This document shows, one piece after another, positions 59,207 through 64,000 of a DNA stretch of 64,000 nucleotides (position 1 is its first letter; each line of letters starts with the position of its first letter). The stretch spans positions 248,001-312,000 of the IMG/VR virus record IMGVR_UViG_3300002143_000235, one strand, 5' to 3'. The notes beneath the pieces are model-generated. The model saw only the letters and a program-made list of their open reading frames with translations. It did no database searches and was not told the DNA's origin. The translations under genes and the position numbers were made by a program.

Positions 59207-60883
59207 ATGTTTAGCAACAAAAAAACACAATTGTTCCCGACGCCTGCGAAAGCCGCGTCCTCGAACAGAGCATCTGCGACAACAAACGCATTTGTTGGGA
59301 CTGCTATGAAGAAAGCAGCTGAGACACGTTCTGAGAACGGTGCTCTCAAATACAAAACTACAGGCGATGATTTCGTTGATCAATTCGGGAAACTGGGTGA
59401 AATGAAACAACCGCGTTCATTTGCAACCATTGCAAAAGATCAGGCATTACTATGGTCACAAAACAAACTACTTACTGTAGCATTCACATTATACATCCGT
59501 ATGATTACTCGTGTAACTAATGTATTTGGAACTGAAACTTCTGTTTCACAGAAAGGTGCAGAACTTCGTCATGAGGGTATTATGCGAATGATTTGGTTGC
59601 ATACAACAGCTCCAAAAACATTTTGGAATAACGTACCACTAATGGTATCAGTTGGTTCGTGGCAAGACATCTTTACGATGCTTCAATACGATCTTGTCTA
59701 TAATGGATGGGAAGGACGTAAACTTGACTGGACAAAGTTCGGTAAATTGATTCTTACTGGTCTTACAGATGAGACTCAAATGAACCTTGTTAAGAAATAC
59801 CTTCCACAAATCAAAGCAAAATCAGCATGTAAGACTGTTGAAGCGCAAGCTGACAACATGATCGGAAAATGGTTGTGTTCTTTGATCTTCGGTACAAAAA
59901 TTGGTCCAGAAGGTGCTACTTACAAAGCTTACCGTAAATTGAAAACTTCCGGAACAGCGCACGAGTGGCAGAAATTGATCTCGCAAGGTAAACACAAACT
60001 GGTTGATTTTAACACGATACACGGACGTGCTTTGAGTAAACTGGTACGTTCTAAATACTTAGCGAACCAGAATCTTACTGAGAAGTATGAAAGCTGGATC
60101 ACAAAAGATTCAACAACTGATGTGAAATACACTGGATTTGTTCACGAACTTTTCGCAGGTCTTCCATCAACAGAAGTTTCATTGGGTGTTGCAAAATCGG
60201 AAACGATCAACAAACAATTTGCAACACTTGTTAAGAAAGGTGGTAAAGGTGCAACAAACCTTATCGTTGTTCGTGATACATCTGGATCTATGGGTTCTAC
60301 AGCAACAGGAACAAACATGAGCTGTTATAACATTGCGAAAGCTTTGGCATTATACTTCTCTGAGTTCTTGACTGGAACATTCCAAGATGCATGGATTGAG
60401 TTTAATAATAATGCACAAATGCATACTTGGAAAGGTACAACACCAATTAATCGTTGGTACAACGACCGTTCAAGCTATGTTGGAGGCACAAATTTCCAAT
60501 CTGTTGTTGACTTGTTCATTAACATGAAACGCCAAGGTGTTGCTGAATCAGATTTTCCATCAGGAATTCTGTGTATCTCTGATGGTGAGTTCAATGCATC
60601 AGATTTAGGTAAAACAAATGTTGAATCAGCTCGACGTAAGTTGACTGCTGCTGGATTCAGTGCTGAGTATGTTCGTAACTTTGTGATTGTTCTTTGGAAC
60701 CTTCAATCTGGATACGGATCACGTGGCAATAAATTTGAAACCAACGGAGACGTTGAGAATGTATTTTATTTCTCTGGTTACTCAGCTGCAACTGTGTCGT
60801 TCTTAACGAATGATATCAAAACTGCTCGTGAGCTTTTCGAAGCTGCGATGAACCAGGAAGTTCTCTCAATGGTTCAAATCTAA
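59207..60883 (+). CDS. DUF2828-like / TROVE(Ro60)-related protein with C-terminal VWA domain
   Basis: SENGA.....T....VD.F N-terminus, GSWQD, KYLP; VWA MIDAS VRDTSGSM, GGTNFQ, CISDGEF, IVLWNL, SGYS. Confidence 0.75.
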   Translation: MFSNKKTQLFPTPAKAASSNRASATTNAFVGTAMKKAAETRSENGALKYKTTGDDFVDQFGKLGEMKQPRSFATIAKDQALLWSQNKLLTVAFTLYIRMITRVTNVFGTETSVSQKGAELRHEGIMRMIWLHTTAPKTFWNNVPLMVSVGSWQDIFTMLQYDLVYNGWEGRKLDWTKFGKLILTGLTDETQMNLVKKYLPQIKAKSACKTVEAQADNMIGKWLCSLIFGTKIGPEGATYKAYRKLKTSGTAHEWQKLISQGKHKLVDFNTIHGRALSKLVRSKYLANQNLTEKYESWITKDSTTDVKYTGFVHELFAGLPSTEVSLGVAKSETINKQFATLVKKGGKGATNLIVVRDTSGSMGSTATGTNMSCYNIAKALALYFSEFLTGTFQDAWIEFNNNAQMHTWKGTTPINRWYNDRSSYVGGTNFQSVVDLFINMKRQGVAESDFPSGILCISDGEFNASDLGKTNVESARRKLTAAGFSAEYVRNFVIVLWNLQSGYGSRGNKFETNGDVENVFYFSGYSAATVSFLTNDIKTARELFEAAMNQEVLSMVQI

Positions 60884-60891
60884 GAATAAAT

Positions 60892-60925
60892 AAAACACTC
60901 AACTGTGAAAATGGTTGAGTGTTTT
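60892..60925 (+). terminator. Intrinsic terminator
   Basis: AAAACACTCAAC / GTTGAGTGTTTT. Confidence 0.7.
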
Positions 60926-60938
60926 CAAAAATAATATC

Positions 60939-61385
60939 ATGTACGGATTAACTATTGATTTTAAAAAAGAAGGTAATTTTTTTACAGTATCAAAAGATGT
61001 AAAAATTACTCACGAGCAATTAGAAAAAATTTGCGATTTATTAAATTTTGATAAAATAAAATTTCAAGAAATTCCAGATTTTGAAGATATAGGTAATTTA
61101 ACAATTGAAGCAGAATTTTACAATGAATGCACAATTGATGATCTATTTGATGATGATCATCAATTAGTTATGAATGGTTATGGACCTAATTTAGCATCAT
61201 TTCTGTCTAATTTAGATTTTGGAATAGATTGGGATGAAGACACCAGTGAAGCTGTAACATCATTTAAAGCTACTATTGAAAATAAATATGTTATTACCTT
61301 TGATATTGAAGAAGGTGATTGTATTGAAGATAGAATCTATGAAACAGATGTAGTTAATCTTAAAATAATTAAAGTTTTACAGTAA
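60939..61385 (+). CDS. Hypothetical acidic protein
   Basis: ORF track 60915..61385; likely start MYGLTID. Confidence 0.55.
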   Translation: MYGLTIDFKKEGNFFTVSKDVKITHEQLEKICDLLNFDKIKFQEIPDFEDIGNLTIEAEFYNECTIDDLFDDDHQLVMNGYGPNLASFLSNLDFGIDWDEDTSEAVTSFKATIENKYVITFDIEEGDCIEDRIYETDVVNLKIIKVLQ

Positions 61386-61428
61386 ACTAAAAGTACTCAA
61401 TAGTCGAGCATAATTTAACAAAATAAAT

Positions 61429-62142
61429 ATGGCAATTAATTTAGAAAAGATTGAAGAACGTAAACAATCCGTTATAAATCTTAAAAAAAACAAAGGTATT
61501 GAAACACAGAAGGCACAAGTTGTTTTATGTTTGGATTATTCAGGATCTATGGATGGTCTTTATCGATCTGGTGTCGTACAAGAAACACTTGAACGTGTTT
61601 TACCGCTCGGTTTAGCATTTGATGATAATGGTGAAGTTGATTTTTATTTGTTTGAATCTGGTATTCGTAAGATGCCATCGAATATCACACTTGGAAATAT
61701 TGATGGTTACATCAATGAAAAAGTGATGAATAAATATAGTATGGGTGGAACAAATTATGCTCCAGCAATCAATGCTATTGTTAATGAATTTGCTGAAACT
61801 ACTAAAAGTGGATTCTTTGGCAGTTCTAAACCAAAACAATTAGATCTTCCAGTATATGTAATTTTTATTACAGACGGTGAAAATTATGATGAAAGAGATG
61901 CAGAACGTGCAATGATTGAAGCATCTAAACATGGTATTTTCTTTCAATTTATTGGAATTGGTAATTCATCATTTCCATTTCTTGAAAAATTAGATGACAT
62001 GCCTGGACGTGTTATTGATAATGCAGACTTTTTCACTGTTCGTGATTTGAAAAACACATCAGACGATGATCTTTACAAAAAAATGATGACAGAATTTCCT
62101 GAATGGATTAGAATGTCACGTCAAGCTGGACAAATTAAATAA
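61429..62142 (+). CDS. VWA domain protein (vWA-TerF-like)
   Basis: LCLDYSGSM..LY..G.VQ...ER.L.L...FDDNG; GGTNYAPAI; VIFITDG; FFQFIGIG; LDDMPGRVIDNADFF. Confidence 0.85.
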   Translation: MAINLEKIEERKQSVINLKKNKGIETQKAQVVLCLDYSGSMDGLYRSGVVQETLERVLPLGLAFDDNGEVDFYLFESGIRKMPSNITLGNIDGYINEKVMNKYSMGGTNYAPAINAIVNEFAETTKSGFFGSSKPKQLDLPVYVIFITDGENYDERDAERAMIEASKHGIFFQFIGIGNSSFPFLEKLDDMPGRVIDNADFFTVRDLKNTSDDDLYKKMMTEFPEWIRMSRQAGQIK

Positions 62143-62145
62143 CAT

Positions 62146-62388
62146 ATGATTAATCAATTAGCTATCGAGTGTTACATGTTAACACAATCACATGAACCAA
62201 TTATTCAGATGCTAGAAGCAGCAGGAATTGAAACTGAAGATGGAGCAAGAATTGCATTGACTGGTGCAGTTAAATCTAATGTGGTTAGTGCTTTATCTTA
62301 CGGATCTTCTTCAGCAGGAATTTCAACATCAAGAACAGCTGGACGTGTTTTAGAGCACTTCAGAAAAAAAGAAGAAAAAAAAGCATAA
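62146..62388 (+). CDS. Hypothetical protein
   Basis: 80-aa ORF. Confidence 0.55.
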   Translation: MINQLAIECYMLTQSHEPIIQMLEAAGIETEDGARIALTGAVKSNVVSALSYGSSSAGISTSRTAGRVLEHFRKKEEKKA

Positions 62389-62483
62389 AAAAATTCAAAC
62401 AAATTTCTGTTATGCGAATATAAAACGTATAATTGCATAACAGAACAAATGCGTTCATTGACATATTGGTACAAAAAAATAAA

Positions 62484-63289
62484 AAATAACATACAGCAAT
62501 GTTTAATAACGGTTATGTCCGAAAGGACCTGTGTGTGAGCTGTCATCTGAAAAGACACGTATTGTAAATGGGATTGAGTAGATAACTCATTAAACGCTTG
62601 GAACCGTCCTGAATTACTTTACGTTATAAGAACTTAGTAAGTAGCATATCATGCAGTGATTGAATTAGCAAGCAGACAGATTGACTTATCATTAGTCTGA
62701 AATTCTTGCATGTTATTTGAACAAAAGATTTCTTACAGCAAATATTCGTTTAAGCATCCTTATAGCTCGTGGTCGTAGGTTCGATTCCTGCTCTCGCAAC
62801 AAATTAAAAAATAAATTGCGAGATAGCTCAGTGGTAGAGCACGTAATAACAAAAACAGAAATCTGATAAGATTAGTTACAGCAAACAAAACAAACATCAA
62901 ACTTTTACTTTGAACACGTTTAAAAACTCTAATCTGATAAGAAGTGTAACAGCAAAATCCTTTATGGTAAAAAATTTGACTCAAACTCAAAAATAGATGG
63001 TTCAAATCCGTCAGCTCGCCGGAGCATAAACGTCAACACTTCTGTACAAAGTCACTTACAGCAATTTTATAACACTGATTTTCTAACTCAATATGTTTAA
63101 AAATGTGACTTGAAAAAAGAGCACTTACAGCAAACTTAAAACTTTACTTTTTTTGGATAAAAGACGGGCAGGTTCGATTCCTGCGGTGCGCGAACACTCT
63201 CGGTGCGGATAAACTACACTGTGCTCTGATAAGGATACTTTCAGCAAATTTAAAAAAATTTCATTTGAAGAAAAAACAACACGTATCCT
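62484..63289 (+). ncRNA. Array of seven stem-bounded (A/T)CAGCAA RNAs carrying tRNA fragments (Y-RNA-like)
   Basis: Units 62484-62718, 62726-62864, 62869-62935, 62940-63043, 63049-63111, 63118-63227, 63232-63289, each closed by its own complementary 7-9 bp stem. Confidence 0.8.
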
Positions 63290-63364
63290 GAATTATTTGT
63301 ACCAATTATGCTTACTGCATAGTCAAAGAAAAACGACTAAATCCTGAGACGGAAATAGTTAATA

Positions 63365-63395
63365 AAAAAGGCCAGTCAAATTGACTGGCCTTTTT
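63365..63395. terminator. Bidirectional terminator ending the ncRNA array
   Basis: AAAAAGGCCAGTCAA / TTGACTGGCCTTTTT. Confidence 0.85.
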
Positions 63396-63544
63396 CTATT
63401 TCTTTAATTTTGCAATACTAAAATTAGAATCAAGTCTGACTCGATTAGTACTTGGCTTCCATTTTATGGTTGGCGTAAATTCTATTCTTTTAGGTAATTC
63501 TGGTTTACCTGAAGAATCTTTATAAGAAATAAAAACTTGTGCCA

Positions 63545-64000
63545 TTATTTAATATACTCTTCTTTAATAAGAGTATAAGTAAATGAATTCCCCCACTTGT
63601 CTCTAGCTTTTCTACAGATCGTCATGAATTCATTAAAATCCTTGATTCGTTTGAAAACAGAACAACCAGCTGACCAATTTTCAACTATTGATGAATCAAC
63701 CCCACCTTTGTGAATATTAATTCCAAAGAGACCTTTCTCTATAGAATTCTCATCATAGATATTGTCTTTGTTACCATCACGGTATACAGCAACTTCTTTT
63801 TGTTGACACAATGCTTCATATTTACCTTGGTGTAAACCAATACGGTGTGAACCTCTGTATTGTCCTGGTACCAATCTTGCACACCCTTTTGAGCTTAACA
63901 ATTTCTTAAACATGTAAAATGATCCTGGATCGGTTGTGTTATTCCAGATATAAAATTGCCATACACCATCAACTTTGAATGATACAGTAATGTAATCATC
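63545..64000 (-). CDS. Partial phage protein, possible cell-wall enzyme (L,D-transpeptidase-like HxxxxxSxGC)
   Basis: Frame open to window edge; TTDPG...YRDGNKD...GINIHKG...WSAGC. Confidence 0.6.
   Translation of the reverse strand, partial: DDYITVSFKVDGVWQFYIWNNTTDPGSFYMFKKLLSSKGCARLVPGQYRGSHRIGLHQGKYEALCQQKEVAVYRDGNKDNIYDENSIEKGLFGINIHKGGVDSSIVENWSAGCSVFKRIKDFNEFMTICRKARDKWGNSFTYTLIKEEYIK

Noticed and set aside
62760-63005. 81-aa minus-strand ORF from the track
   Set aside because: Antisense to the structured RNA array; no protein features; treated as spurious.
62484-63289. CRISPR array
   Set aside because: The only constant sequence is about 7-9 nt, unit lengths vary several-fold, the flanks covary as stems rather than repeating, and no cas genes are in the window.
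63305-63360. Eighth array unit (TTACTGCA)
   Set aside because: Motif is degenerate and I could not find a closing 7-bp stem.
1-64000. Genome-wide stop-codon reassignment
   Set aside because: Long genes are intact under code 11, and TAG and TGA end genes at normal junctions; only one interrupted ORF was seen.
1-64000. Bacterial chromosome or prophage
   Set aside because: No housekeeping operons, integrase or att site; T4-like uvsW/uvsY and dense small ORFs indicate a large lytic phage.

Overview
AT-rich, gene-dense segment of a large (jumbo-type) lytic phage genome; no integrase, rRNA or housekeeping operons are visible. The host is probably Bacteroidota: there are TAnnTTTG -7 promoter boxes and two proteins with T9SS C-terminal sorting domains. 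Genes include T4-like UvsW and UvsY, a DinG-like helicase, ClpP, DHFR, an HD-CoaD fusion, CoaE, a radical SAM enzyme, two Cys-phosphatases, two Pol-beta nucleotidyltransferases, 2H, HD and macro-like enzymes, putative virion proteins and many small hypothetical ORFs. The most striking signals are non-coding. (1) An unannotated 29-codon Ser/Arg leader peptide with a terminator/antiterminator switch sits directly upstream of five tRNA-Ser/tRNA-Arg genes whose anticodons match its codon run, i.e. a putative tRNA-sensing attenuator. (2) An array of seven covarying stem-bounded RNAs sharing (A/T)CAGCAA and carrying tRNA parts lies downstream of a DUF2828/TROVE-like VWA gene, resembling a Ro60/Y-RNA system. 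(3) An island of aberrant tRNA-like RNAs. (4) A two-cassette attC-like insertion. (5) A shared N-terminal capsid-targeting-like peptide on four unrelated proteins. All calls are from motif recognition by eye, with no database searches.
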